IMG/VR virus record: IMGVR_UViG_3300017721_000936
Location: 1 to 49,734 of that record
Direction: 5' to 3' (one strand)
Length of the DNA: 49,734 bases
Source: a virus
Taxonomy: Duplodnaviria; Caudoviricetes
Shown: positions 1-9,357 of the stretch, in pieces
Numbering within the stretch: position 1 is the stretch's first letter
Layout: every line of letters starts with the position of its first letter
Made by a program: the position numbers and the translations under genes
Notes under the pieces: generated by a model
Database searches by the model: none
The model's input: only the letters and a program-made list of their open reading frames with translations
What the model was told of the DNA's origin: nothing

Positions 1-1835
1 CCATCCGAAGACTTGCGATTAATGAATAAAGGTGATGCACCACTAGCCGTATGAACAGTTACACCATCTGCTCTTAATTCATGTCCAACTGTATCGACAT
101 CTTGGCTTGATTTAGCCACGAAAAAGTCGCCTGAACTGTTGATACGAACACGATCATTACTGCCGCCCGATTGAAAAACTAAATCATTTGTCGCTTGAAT
201 ATCAAAATCGTTCTGACTTGTTTCTGTAAATAATGAAGCAATAACAGTTCCATTACGCTCGAAATCAAGGTCTGCATTACCTGAACCACCGATAGTAACA
301 GTCGTAAAACCTGAATAATTATTAGCCGTTGTTACTCCAATGCCTACATTACCGCCAAATGGATTAAGCAAAATGTCATCGGCAGCTGAACCTGCACCAT
401 TTGCTGATTGTATATATTGCTCTGCATCACCAGTTGACGCGCCAAAGAACAATGATGTTGATGCATCATTTGAGCCTCTTATCTTAGCCGCTGCTTTTGT
501 TGTAGATGTTGAAAGATTTGATGCACTTGAGGCATATCCCTGCGCTCCTTTGACTTCAAGAGGAACAGTTGGTCCTGATTCGTTAACCCCAACATTGCCA
601 TCAGAGCCTTGAACAAACAATGCATGTGTATTGTTATCGGACTCAACACGGAAATCTAGGTCTTTACTATCTTCATTAATAACAGTTTCAGTGCCTGTTA
701 GTTCTATCCTGCTGGTTTGTTGTGTACCTGCAACAGCAGTTTGAATTATAAATCGGGCGTCTTCAGTGCCATCTGATGCGTCAGCAATAGATGCTCTTAT
801 TTGTCCATAAAGAGTTTCTTCATCAGCATCATTTTCACCATAAAAATTAATAAAACCTAACGCATCCCCATCTGCAGGTGACGCTGAGTTTCTATAAAGT
901 TTTAAATTTGGACCAGAATTAGCATCTGCGTCTGTTGATGTAAGAGTCAAGTTGTCAGAATTGTCTGCTGTTGTAAGTGTAGCGTTTACGCCTGTTAATG
1001 AACCAGTAATACTAACATTTTGACTATTGTCAATTGAAAGTGCAGCTGTGCCGCCAGTTTTTAAAATAATGCTATCATTGTCAGTGTCGGAGGTTGTTCC
1101 ACCTTGAACAGCAATATATTCCTGAGATGTGCCACCACGCTTTAGGCTGATTGACATTTTACCTGCTTCGCCACCACTCTCGTTTGTTTCGACTGCGCTG
1201 AATGCTAATGAGGCATATTCAACATCACTAGCCGAGACGCCACCAGAACCATTGTCTGTGTTGCCATGAATTACTATTTTTGAAAGAGCATCACCATCTG
1301 CTGGGCTTGCTGAGTTTCGGTATAATTTAATATCAGGACCAGAACTCGAGCCAGCATCCGTCGAAGATGCAATCAAAAAGTTTCCTGCACTTGAACCGAC
1401 AATCTCAAGCAGATCGTCAATCACTGCATTGTCGCGTGCATTCAAAACATTTGTCGCATCGCAATAAACCAAGGCTGTGCTGCCATTTGGTATAACAACT
1501 CCTGTGCCACCAGAAGTTTTGAAAGTAATATCAAAGCCACCAGTCGTCCCATTGCGGACAATATAAACTTTGTCAACACTTGGGCAAACCACATTTCTTG
1601 CAGCAGTCAAAGTTCCTGTTACTGTTATGACAGCGTTGCGAGCTTCGTCCGTAGCACCATTGCTTGTAGTCAAACTGTAATTTGCTGAATCATCATGGGC
1701 AACATTGGCTACACCAGAGATTGATTGCTCGATGAGAGTTCCCAAGTTTGTGTTGGTGATGCCACCCCACGTGCCTGACTTCTCGCCATCAGCGATTAAC
1801 TCGAGTCTGAGATTCGTTGAATAGGTGCTAGGCAT
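1..1835 (-). CDS. Tail fibre protein, N-terminal part (open at the left edge; probably continues at 49734)
   Basis: Absent from the ORF track, consistent with no stop before the edge. ATG at 1835 gives MPSTYSTNLRLELIADGEKSGTWGGITNTNLGTLIEQ..., an N-terminus typical of podovirus tail fibres. Spot-translated segments are open and include a repeated KLYRNSASPADGDAL block. Ends ...PLFINRKSSDG at the edge. Confidence 0.8.
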   Translation of the reverse strand, partial: MPSTYSTNLRLELIADGEKSGTWGGITNTNLGTLIEQSISGVANVAHDDSANYSLTTSNGATDEARNAVITVTGTLTAARNVVCPSVDKVYIVRNGTTGGFDITFKTSGGTGVVIPNGSTALVYCDATNVLNARDNAVIDDLLEIVGSSAGNFLIASSTDAGSSSGPDIKLYRNSASPADGDALSKIVIHGNTDNGSGGVSASDVEYASLAFSAVETNESGGEAGKMSISLKRGGTSQEYIAVQGGTTSDTDNDSIILKTGGTAALSIDNSQNVSITGSLTGVNATLTTADNSDNLTLTSTDADANSGPNLKLYRNSASPADGDALGFINFYGENDADEETLYGQIRASIADASDGTEDARFIIQTAVAGTQQTSRIELTGTETVINEDSKDLDFRVESDNNTHALFVQGSDGNVGVNESGPTVPLEVKGAQGYASSASNLSTSTTKAAAKIRGSNDASTSLFFGASTGDAEQYIQSANGAGSAADDILLNPFGGNVGIGVTTANNYSGFTTVTIGGSGNADLDFERNGTVIASLFTETSQNDFDIQATNDLVFQSGGSNDRVRINSSGDFFVAKSSQDVDTVGHELRADGVTVHTASGASPLFINRKSSD

Positions 1836-1849
1836 TTGCTTTTTCCTTC

Positions 1850-2269
1850 TTAATCAATTCGAATGATTGCTGTCGTTCCTGGAGCAGGAAGGACAATCCG
1901 GAAAGTGCCTGAGCTAACTGTAAAATCACCACCAAAATCAAGAACAGCAATCGCGTTGTTCCCAGCTAGTGTGTCATTGTAAATTAATGCTCCTCGTGTT
2001 GTGAATGATGCACTTGTCCATTCTGGATCTGTAAAATCAACAAAAGCAGTCGTGCCGCTTGTGCCGATTGTTGCTCCTGCGAGAGTTTCACCACCAGCTG
2101 TATATCCCGATCCTGAAATTTCATTGCTTGTGGTGTATGCTGTTGTTGCCGCAGAAAGGTCTGCGGAAGAAGTGTAAAGTGCAATCTTCAAGGTATCAGA
2201 ATCCATGTCCTGCTCTTTTTGGAACAGATCTTCCTTGAAACTTGTGCACATCGCTTGTGTGATAGCCAT
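1850..2269 (-). CDS. Conserved virion/tail-associated protein
   Basis: 139 aa (MAITQAMCTSFK...KIALYTSSA...LIYN), S/T/G-rich, directly upstream of the tail fibre; coupled to the previous gene (TAATG). Confidence 0.6.
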   Translation of the reverse strand: MAITQAMCTSFKEDLFQKEQDMDSDTLKIALYTSSADLSAATTAYTTSNEISGSGYTAGGETLAGATIGTSGTTAFVDFTDPEWTSASFTTRGALIYNDTLAGNNAIAVLDFGGDFTVSSGTFRIVLPAPGTTAIIRID

Positions 2270-2892
2270 TATATGCCTCCATCGTATTCAGCTACATAGT
2301 CACGACCCATCTCTTGAATAAAGAGTTGAACCGATTCGTCAAACTGAGCTTTGTATAAGTTTAGCGTTTCTCCAGCTTTAAGAAAAGCAGAAGTTTCATA
2401 AAGTGCTGCAGAAAGTAAAAGATTTTCTGCATTATCTCCAATCCAAGTGTTTGCATTGGTTGAAGACAGACCCGTAGCAGGTGCGATAAAATCGACCTGA
2501 TAAGAGTAGGTTGAATCTGGCGTGGGAGCCAGAGTAATTACTGTGCCAGCAGTGCCAGCAGATTTTGTGGAATATATTATTGGTTTGCCAGTGGTTGCGC
2601 TGTTTGGCCAATAATCTCTGAGATATGAGTCAATTCTGTGATTAAGGTATTCAACATTATTTGAATTTACTATTGATACTTGGCGTATCAATCTTGCGTT
2701 GGTGATTGTGTAATCAGCTGTTCCAACAACCAACGAAGCTGTTGAGTCTTGACGGAAACAAGGCAGGTTTGGGAGCCTTTGAAAAATCATATCTTCAGCC
2801 TGAGAAATGATTTCATCAATTGAGGCATCCAACTCTGTTGAGTCGTCTTCCATGAAGTTTTGTATATTAGTTTTTAATTGAGTATAATTCAT
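2269..2892 (-). CDS. Putative head-tail adaptor / tail tubular protein
   Basis: 207 aa; helical N-terminus (MNYTQLKTNIQNF), central beta region with GKP..Y...LAPTPD..Y, helical C-terminus (LLLSAALYE), the adaptor-type pattern. Confidence 0.6.
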   Translation of the reverse strand: MNYTQLKTNIQNFMEDDSTELDASIDEIISQAEDMIFQRLPNLPCFRQDSTASLVVGTADYTITNARLIRQVSIVNSNNVEYLNHRIDSYLRDYWPNSATTGKPIIYSTKSAGTAGTVITLAPTPDSTYSYQVDFIAPATGLSSTNANTWIGDNAENLLLSAALYETSAFLKAGETLNLYKAQFDESVQLFIQEMGRDYVAEYDGGI

Positions 2893-3818
2893 AGTCCAAA
2901 TCCCCAGCCATCTGTGCCCCAGCCATTGTCGCCCCAGCCATGTGCAGGTTCAGAAGTTCCAATCCCACCTGTGCCAGCCAAGCCTGTCTCAGACAACTCT
3001 GACACAGCACTCTCTTCACCTGCCAGCCCAACCCCAGCAACACCAGCTACACCATCAACGATAATGTTTATGTCGCTTCCTGCTCCTGTGCCAAGTATGT
3101 GAACTGCTCCTGTACCAGCTACGCCTGTTTCTTCAAACTCTATTTCTTGGGCATGAGTTCCTATGGCACCAGTGCCAGCTTGAGCTGCAGGGAATCCATT
3201 AAGCTGCATTGTTGATGTGCCGATTCCACCTGTGCCAGCTACGCCTGTTGACAAGGTTTCGTTGTTTGGAACTTCTGTGCCAATTGCTCCTGTGCCAGCT
3301 ACGCCTGTTTCCGGAACTCCGAATGCAATTGAGCCCAATGCTCCTGTGCCAGCTACGCCACTTGGTCTCACATCTTGAAACACTGCAACAGAGAATGAGC
3401 CCAATGCTCCTGTGCCAGCTACGCCTGTGACAACAGTGCCAGTTGCAAATGTTCCGATTCTACCAGTGCCAGCTAAGCCTGTGACAGATGATTGATTTTT
3501 TATTCCAGGAAGCCCAACAACACCAAAGCTAGGAATGCCAACTGGTGGTCTGTCAATTTTATCTAAAAATGGGTCGTAGTTATAACCGACATGGAAATCA
3601 ACATTGCTTGGGTCAGTGTCTGGGCGTGGGTCAAATAATGCAACAGCATCAACAACATCACGAGGAGGTTCAAGTTGCGGGTGCTTTGGCTCCCACTCTT
3701 CTGGCTCAACCCTCAATCCATCCCAAGTTGTTTTGAGAGAAGTGTAAGGCACTTCAAAGCCAGAGCGATCTGACATCGCTTTAGATTTTCTGCCTCTTGC
3801 TCTCCTAACAAATGCCAT
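2889..3818 (-). CDS. Virion structural protein with GVAGTGAxG repeats
   Basis: 309 aa; N-terminal SDRSGF...EWEPKHPQL module, about nine ~20-22 aa Gly-rich repeats, C-terminal GWG repeats. Confidence 0.6.
   Translation of the reverse strand: MAFVRRARGRKSKAMSDRSGFEVPYTSLKTTWDGLRVEPEEWEPKHPQLEPPRDVVDAVALFDPRPDTDPSNVDFHVGYNYDPFLDKIDRPPVGIPSFGVVGLPGIKNQSSVTGLAGTGRIGTFATGTVVTGVAGTGALGSFSVAVFQDVRPSGVAGTGALGSIAFGVPETGVAGTGAIGTEVPNNETLSTGVAGTGGIGTSTMQLNGFPAAQAGTGAIGTHAQEIEFEETGVAGTGAVHILGTGAGSDINIIVDGVAGVAGVGLAGEESAVSELSETGLAGTGGIGTSEPAHGWGDNGWGTDGWGFGL
2960..3485. repeat. Intragenic periodic repeat (core cctgtgccagctacgcc)
   Basis: Copies about every 54-66 bp; 30 bp identical at 3330-3359 and 3396-3425. 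Confidence 0.9.
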
Positions 3819-4498
3819 CAGTATAAATTCAAACCAGTCGGTCGGATCCTCATCGTAACACCATCATTGTCTGAGCTAGCTGCAAATTCAAATGCTCGTT
3901 CATACAATTGATTCAAAACATTGGCTTTGTCTGGAGCATATTTTATTGCAAGCTTGCTTGCTAAACCAGAGCATATGCAATCAGCCCAGCGATAAGGTAT
4001 GTCTGCATCTTGATTGCTTGCTGTTATATCTTCGAGTTGATTTATTGACCAATAAACCAAACTATAATCATTGCTGTCAGGAACTTGCCAAACATAAAGT
4101 TCTGGTGTGTATTGCTTGTCAAGCATGTATTGACTGGGACGACCTGAAGATGTTTTGTTTGGAAGTTGGTTATATTCGCCGATGCTAATTCTCTGAACAA
4201 CAGTGTCAGTGTTAGTTCCGCCAATATTTTCCCGAACAACAACATCAATCAGATCTATTGTCCCAACAGGCAAAGTATATTTGATTGTGCCATTCGTCAA
4301 AGACAAAGTGTTGTTTTGAACAGCCCAATAATTTATGCCTCTGTTCGCCCACTCGCTAAATAAAAGATTCAGGCTGCGACGAGCAGACTCAGCTTTGTAG
4401 CCTGTTTGGCTTTGCGGGTCAATGCCGCAACGCTCATAGGCTTCAGCTATGATTTCTTCTACATTAGGTCTGAATGCGACTGTTCCTGAAGTAGCCAT
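3818..4498 (-). CDS. Putative head-tail adaptor protein (second adaptor-type gene)
   Basis: 226 aa, MATSGTVAFRPNVEEIIAEAYERCG...ARRSLNLLFSEWANRGIN...GRPSQY...VWQVPD; located downstream of the capsid gene. Confidence 0.65.
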   Translation of the reverse strand: MATSGTVAFRPNVEEIIAEAYERCGIDPQSQTGYKAESARRSLNLLFSEWANRGINYWAVQNNTLSLTNGTIKYTLPVGTIDLIDVVVRENIGGTNTDTVVQRISIGEYNQLPNKTSSGRPSQYMLDKQYTPELYVWQVPDSNDYSLVYWSINQLEDITASNQDADIPYRWADCICSGLASKLAIKYAPDKANVLNQLYERAFEFAASSDNDGVTMRIRPTGLNLY

Positions 4499-4522
4499 CT
4501 AGCCTCCTAAAGCCAGTTGTGC

Positions 4523-5065
4523 TTACTCGTAAAACACATCCGCTGAGGTCAGATTGCTCATGTGGAAATATGCCCCATGATTAGTTCTGAATCCTTCGTT
4601 CGGAATCCGAAATATGTTTGCAAATGTGTCTGCTGCCGAAGTCTCTTTTGTGAGCAACCAGCGTTTCGGCTGAGTCCCGTCATTCGGAGTCGAAGCAACA
4701 TATCTGCAAGCAGGAGTATCAGTTATTGTGTCAGAGTTAAGCACAGTTATTGTAAAAGCATTTGCACTCGTAACTGTGATTACATAGTTTCCTGGAGTTG
4801 CGGTACCACCAGTCCCAGCTTCAAAAGCAATGCCAACAACATCCCCAGTTGACAGTCCGTGAGATGTATCAGTGACTGTAACTGTTGTTGTTGACTGAGC
4901 ATATGTGCCAGCCTCTGGTGCGGTGTCTGTGTCAAAAACCTCGAAGATCCCTGCAGATGAAGAGCCTGTTATTGCAAACTCTTTTAATCTGCGATCGCCG
5001 AGGACAGCAAACCCACTTGATGACAAGTGAGCCTGCTGAATTTGAGCTAAACTTCTTGTGCCCAT
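4523..5065 (-). CDS. Hypothetical virion protein
   Basis: 180 aa, T/S-rich beta-type sequence (TVTDTSHGLSTGD) inside the head operon. Confidence 0.55.
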   Translation of the reverse strand: MGTRSLAQIQQAHLSSSGFAVLGDRRLKEFAITGSSSAGIFEVFDTDTAPEAGTYAQSTTTVTVTDTSHGLSTGDVVGIAFEAGTGGTATPGNYVITVTSANAFTITVLNSDTITDTPACRYVASTPNDGTQPKRWLLTKETSAADTFANIFRIPNEGFRTNHGAYFHMSNLTSADVFYE

Positions 5066-5081
5066 ATCCTCAACCTATCTC

Positions 5082-5549
5082 TTAGCTGTCAGCAAACGGA
5101 GTTGCTACAGATCCTGAGCCAATCAAAACACCTTGAACAAGGTATTCATTAGTGGCCATTGCAGTGATTTCAACATAAGAACCTTTATCACCACCTGTGG
5201 TAGAACCATTCATTGAAATGACATCATTGGAAGAAACATCAGATGCGAATGCTGCTGTTGTTGTTCCTGCGACTGAGAGTGAGCCTGAAAATTTATCAGT
5301 CCCATCAGTTTTGATATCAAGGTCAGTTGAATCAGTTCCAATGAAAAAACGATACTGAGCACCGAGCTCAGTTGTTTTGATTGACGGAAGAGTAACAGCA
5401 CCATCCGCATCATCAATTTGAATCAGCTTGCCAGCGTGGTCATCAAAAGTCAAAGTTGTTTCGACTGTCAGGGCAACAATATTGCCTGCGCCTGCGCCGA
5501 TGAAACCATTGTTAGAAACAACTGGTCCCGAAAAAGTAGATTTAGCCAT
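5082..5549 (-). CDS. Putative head decoration/fibre protein
   Basis: 155 aa, MAKSTFSGPV N-terminus, immediately after the MCP; GGAG RBS. Confidence 0.55.
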   Translation of the reverse strand: MAKSTFSGPVVSNNGFIGAGAGNIVALTVETTLTFDDHAGKLIQIDDADGAVTLPSIKTTELGAQYRFFIGTDSTDLDIKTDGTDKFSGSLSVAGTTTAAFASDVSSNDVISMNGSTTGGDKGSYVEITAMATNEYLVQGVLIGSGSVATPFADS

Positions 5550-5599
5550 TTTAATCTCCTGTCTTGGCTAGTGTCTGCCGAAGCAGTCAGAAGTTAGTA

Positions 5600-5621
5600 G
5601 GGGGAGGGAAAGCCCTCCCCC
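5600..5621 (-). terminator. GC hairpin after the major capsid gene (terminator/attenuator)
   Basis: GGGGGAGGG-aaag-CCCTCCCCC, a perfect 9-bp stem 6 nt after the MCP stop; the U-tract is weak. Confidence 0.7.
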
Positions 5622-5627
5622 AGTCAA

Positions 5628-6539
5628 TTATGCTGCACCTTCGGAGCCGAAGATACCACGCCAGTCGGTGAAACCGAAGCTGTAACGCTCACGAACTTTG
5701 TAGCGAACATTACCAGTTTCAAAATCACCTTCCATGCCTTTTTTCAAGGCTGTGCGTTGGAAGTGCTTCAAGCCATCCGGAACATCCGTCATTACGAAGA
5801 ATGCATCCGAATCAGTCAGGCGACGCATCACATGATATCCTTGCGGTAGGTAACCACCAGAGCGGATAGCGTTGATGTCGTTGTCTGCTGTGCCTGTGCG
5901 TAGGTTTGACTCAAGCAAACGCTCAGCAACAAAGGTATATGCAGTCGGTATGACCAGCATTGTGCCTTGTGCTGCAACGCGCAGCCCACGATCGTCTTTC
6001 ATGTCAGCAATCTGAATGAGGATCTGCTCAAGAGAAGTCTCAGACAGGTCAGCTGCAGTGGCGAGCGTATTGGACTGATTTCCAGAGCGAGTTGGGTGAG
6101 AAGTGTTACAAAGTGTTACACCATCACCACCATTCACGCCAGAGCCAGTGAACGCATTGTTAAGAACATTGGCAGCTTTAATCTCTTTGGTGGAAGACAT
6201 TGAGCGAGCCAGTGCTTTAACATAGCGAGCAGCGATTGAACCATATTGCCCATCTTCTTCAGCCTCTTCAGTGATGCTGAATGCAAGAGCAACAGTTTCG
6301 TGTTGATATCGGGCAGTCCAGTTTTGACTGCCAGAATCATAAGTGATAGCAGAGCCCTCGTTTTTCACGGGAGCATTGCCGAAGCCTTCCAACAGAACAT
6401 CTTCTTCAAATGCTTTTTGAGAAGTGTTTGTTCCGAAGACTGATGACCATTCCGGAGGATACTGATCATACTCGAGACCGAAAAGAGTATTCAGTCCTGG
6501 CTCGAGCGTTTTTGCAAATTGTGCGCGATTCATAGACAT
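5628..6539 (-). CDS. Major capsid protein
   Basis: 303 aa, RAQFAKTLEPGLNTLFGLEY...EGDFETGNVRYKVRERYSFGFTDWRGIFGS; strong RBS; followed by a hairpin; downstream of portal and scaffold. Confidence 0.9.
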   Translation of the reverse strand: MSMNRAQFAKTLEPGLNTLFGLEYDQYPPEWSSVFGTNTSQKAFEEDVLLEGFGNAPVKNEGSAITYDSGSQNWTARYQHETVALAFSITEEAEEDGQYGSIAARYVKALARSMSSTKEIKAANVLNNAFTGSGVNGGDGVTLCNTSHPTRSGNQSNTLATAADLSETSLEQILIQIADMKDDRGLRVAAQGTMLVIPTAYTFVAERLLESNLRTGTADNDINAIRSGGYLPQGYHVMRRLTDSDAFFVMTDVPDGLKHFQRTALKKGMEGDFETGNVRYKVRERYSFGFTDWRGIFGSEGAA

Positions 6540-6550
6540 ATTTTACTCTC

Positions 6551-7102
6551 CTAAATCCCTGCTGTGCCTTTGAGGAGATGCTCATTGATTAGAACTTCCA
6601 TAACAGCATTTGCACCGAAAGCATTTTCGGGGGCATCAAACAGAGCAATAATTTTTGTCTGTGCGGTGCCTGCTGCCATAGTTCCTGAGATCTCCATGCC
6701 AGACTGGTTACTAGTTGTGTCGCCTGAACCAACTACAATATCAGCACAATTGCCGACGTTGGTTTGGGCGGGTGATCCAGCGGACTGTGCCTTGAACACA
6801 ATATACGGATCATCGTAAACATATGCGATGATATCCGTAGCTACTGTGCTGGCTGGCCAGCGTTCGCTGTATACATATGAGCCATCACTTGCGGTATAAG
6901 AACACCCAGCAAAAACACCAACATTGTTAGTGTTTGTGGCTGCGGCTTGTTCGATTTCGCCATCTGCAGCGAGAACAACCATGTCCCCATTGAAGATATC
7001 TGTGGCGTAACCTGAGCCAATGGTATACTTGTTAGCACGAGGTGCATAACCGCTCATGTGGCGAATTGGGACAAACCCAAAGGCTGCATCTACATTAGCC
7101 AT
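6551..7102 (-). CDS. Putative capsid decoration/cement protein
   Basis: 183 aa, MANVDAAFGFVP...IFNGD.V...GVFAGCSY...YVYDDP, directly upstream of the MCP. Confidence 0.65.
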   Translation of the reverse strand: MANVDAAFGFVPIRHMSGYAPRANKYTIGSGYATDIFNGDMVVLAADGEIEQAAATNTNNVGVFAGCSYTASDGSYVYSERWPASTVATDIIAYVYDDPYIVFKAQSAGSPAQTNVGNCADIVVGSGDTTSNQSGMEISGTMAAGTAQTKIIALFDAPENAFGANAVMEVLINEHLLKGTAGI

Positions 7103-7127
7103 TTTAATTCACTCCTTCACGAGTTGG

Positions 7128-7610
7128 TTAATCATTCATGACCGAGAGGTCCCGACCACGACTTACATTGGATTGCCTATCTTGCGATATGGAAATCCCA
7201 CCCGTCCGTTCTAACGCATTAAGGTCTGCAGCGATGGATTCGTTCTGGTCGCTGTTCTTGCCGCGATAATATTCCTTCATAGCTTGGAATTTATCCAATG
7301 GCATTTCACAGAGAACCATCCCTTCAACTCCGATGCAACCTTCCCACTGCCCATGATTGATAGTTGGGTATCTCTTATCTTTCACAGTGTCAGCAGAGCG
7401 TGGATTCCAGCCTGCACGCATACGTTTGTATACATTGTCTGGAGTCTCTTTACCCTGAATCGAGGTAGCTATCCACCGCTGAATCATCCCAGGACGAGGA
7501 TCGGGAGCATCCAGCAGTGATGGTGGTTGCCAAGATGTTTCGGGACGAGATTCCTCTTCCCTAACCTTAGCGCGAGATTCATTTGCACGTACATTTCGTT
7601 TTTCAGTCAT
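7128..7610 (-). CDS. Conserved head-morphogenesis hypothetical protein
   Basis: 160 aa (WQPPSLLDAP..RPG...RWI...GW...VEGMVLCEMP) between scaffold and capsid genes. Confidence 0.6.
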   Translation of the reverse strand: MTEKRNVRANESRAKVREEESRPETSWQPPSLLDAPDPRPGMIQRWIATSIQGKETPDNVYKRMRAGWNPRSADTVKDKRYPTINHGQWEGCIGVEGMVLCEMPLDKFQAMKEYYRGKNSDQNESIAADLNALERTGGISISQDRQSNVSRGRDLSVMND

Positions 7611-7616
7611 GGCAGA

Positions 7617-8537
7617 TTATCCTTTCATTTGCCTACGAACTTCAGCCTCATATTTCTTGAGCCCTGCTTCATCAGTAATTCCAAGTTCTCTGGCCATTCT
7701 GAGTTGGTCCTGTGTTAAACGAATCCGATTGCCCTTATAAGTCGAGCCACCTGCAGCTGGTGTAACTGGGGATCTGCTTTTTGCTCGAGCCTTAACAGGA
7801 CTCTCTTCTTCTGACTTTAGCTCAGGAAACATTTTTTGTAAACGAAAATCTAACATTTCGTAATATTCGTCAGAATGTTTATCAAAACCTTCAACATCCA
7901 GCTGAACATCAATGGCTCTTGCAGCAGCAGTTTCTCTTTCAAAACCTGTTGCATTGAACCAACGATTTTTCTGCCACCAGCTGTTTGCTTTTTCTGGTGG
8001 AGGATTGGTTGCTGTTTGTTGTGCGTGACCTACTGTGGGAGATGCTGCTTGTTGAGCACGCATCTGCTTTTGCATTTCGGCAACACGCATGGCAGCACGC
8101 ATATCCGCAAGTTGCTCTTGGAAAGTAACCTGTGCATCAGTGTCACCTTCTTCAACAGCCTTGTGGAGTGCTGCTCTGGTTTGAGCGTATCTTTGTTGGA
8201 ATTCATTCTCGGTGCGGGCTTGTGTGCCTTGTTCAAGTCGCTCGAGACGTGCTTGCAACTGCTTGTTCTGCGCTTCCATATCGGCATATTTGCCTTCAAC
8301 TTCTCTGCGCTGGTCAACAAGTTTTTTGATACGACGCTGAACATTTTTGCCATACTCTTCATCTTCTGGCTGCTGTTCAGCATTTTCTTCGGGTTGGGCT
8401 TCTTGAGGCTCTGGTTGACTTTCATCAACAATCTCAATCTCCAACTCGTCGGAAACATTTTGTTTCCGCTTGGTTTCAAGAATCTCTTCTTGAACTTGAT
8501 TTATTGCGTCATCTTCAGACATGGTGGCGTCCTCCAT
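7617..8537 (-). CDS. Putative scaffolding protein
   Basis: 306 aa; acidic N-terminus, long coiled coil, W...N.WF motif, C-terminal IRLTQDQLRMARELGI; upstream of capsid genes. Confidence 0.7.
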   Translation of the reverse strand: MEDATMSEDDAINQVQEEILETKRKQNVSDELEIEIVDESQPEPQEAQPEENAEQQPEDEEYGKNVQRRIKKLVDQRREVEGKYADMEAQNKQLQARLERLEQGTQARTENEFQQRYAQTRAALHKAVEEGDTDAQVTFQEQLADMRAAMRVAEMQKQMRAQQAASPTVGHAQQTATNPPPEKANSWWQKNRWFNATGFERETAAARAIDVQLDVEGFDKHSDEYYEMLDFRLQKMFPELKSEEESPVKARAKSRSPVTPAAGGSTYKGNRIRLTQDQLRMARELGITDEAGLKKYEAEVRRQMKG

Positions 8538-8546
8538 GGTTTTCGC

Positions 8547-8951
8547 CTATTCAGTTACGTAAGATGTGATTGATGCACCTTGCGGAAGAATTGATGTAAT
8601 TTCATCATCATTCAACAGCAAAAGTTTTACACCATTCACAGTTAATTTTTGGCCAGCATATTTGCCATATGTGATTCGGTCGCCTGTTTTTGGCCATTCG
8701 CCTTTCCAAGCCTGACCTGTGTCACGATCGCGATATGCCAGTTCTCCCATGGCCAGAATGATTCCATGAGCAGTGAGATATTCCTCATTGTCAAGGCTTT
8801 GGTTTGGAAGTAATATGCCGCCAGCAGTTTGCTTTTTGGCTTGGTTCGGGTGAACCAAAACTTTCCAACCCAATGGTTGGGGGAACATTTTTGACTCAAG
8901 AGTTGCTTCACTCTCTTCGTCTAATATTTCATGTTGATGAGACATGTTCAT
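8547..8951 (-). CDS. groES: Co-chaperonin GroES (Cpn10) family
   Basis: PLGWKVLV...KKQTAGGILLP...GDRITYGKYAG....NG..LLLLNDDEI matches the Cpn10 pattern. Confidence 0.85.
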   Translation of the reverse strand: MNMSHQHEILDEESEATLESKMFPQPLGWKVLVHPNQAKKQTAGGILLPNQSLDNEEYLTAHGIILAMGELAYRDRDTGQAWKGEWPKTGDRITYGKYAGQKLTVNGVKLLLLNDDEITSILPQGASITSYVTE

Positions 8952-9145
8952 TCATCCTCTGTATCAAAGTTTTTCCTGATATCGTCAATGATGCTTATGG
9001 ATTGTTCAATACCTTCCGCAACACCAACGGCTTTCATATATGATTCAAAGTCGGACATCCGACCATCAACCATATTATTCGCGATTGTCAGCTTCTGCTC
9101 TCGGAGTTTCGCTTGGATCGTTTTCAGTAGATCGTTCACTGTCAT
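8948..9145 (-). CDS. Hypothetical protein
   Basis: 65 aa helical ORF overlapping the groES start (ATGA). Confidence 0.6.
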   Translation of the reverse strand: MTVNDLLKTIQAKLREQKLTIANNMVDGRMSDFESYMKAVGVAEGIEQSISIIDDIRKNFDTEDE

Positions 9146-9210
9146 TTGATAAATCCGTAATGATTTTCATTGAAACACCAGTCACGTGGACTTCAACCAC
9201 ATTTCCTTTC

Positions 9211-9357
9211 TCATTTTCTTTTTCCAGCACGACGGACTTTCCCCTTTCTGCTAGAGTTTTTCATGACCCTTTTTCTGTTTCTGGCTTGAGCACGCTTGAC
9301 CCTTTTTCTTTCAGAGCCTCGCTTCATAACCAAAGAAGGGAAAGAAGAGCGGTTCAC
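9211..9357 (-). CDS. Small protamine-like basic protein (not in ORF track)
   Basis: GTG start overlaps the upstream TGA (GTGA). MNRSSFPSLVMKRGSERKRVKRAQARNRKRVMKNSSRKGKVRRAGKRK; 21 of 48 residues are K/R. Confidence 0.55.
   Translation of the reverse strand: MNRSSFPSLVMKRGSERKRVKRAQARNRKRVMKNSSRKGKVRRAGKRK

Noticed and set aside
2960-3485. Regularly spaced repeats resembling a CRISPR array
   Set aside because: They are in-frame, degenerate, encode GVAGTGA peptide units inside a CDS, and no cas genes are present.
7875-8573. 232-aa plus-strand ORF and the many other antisense or nested ORFs in the track
   Set aside because: They are shadows of well-supported genes, lack RBS or motifs, and are expected where TA-containing stop codons are scarce.
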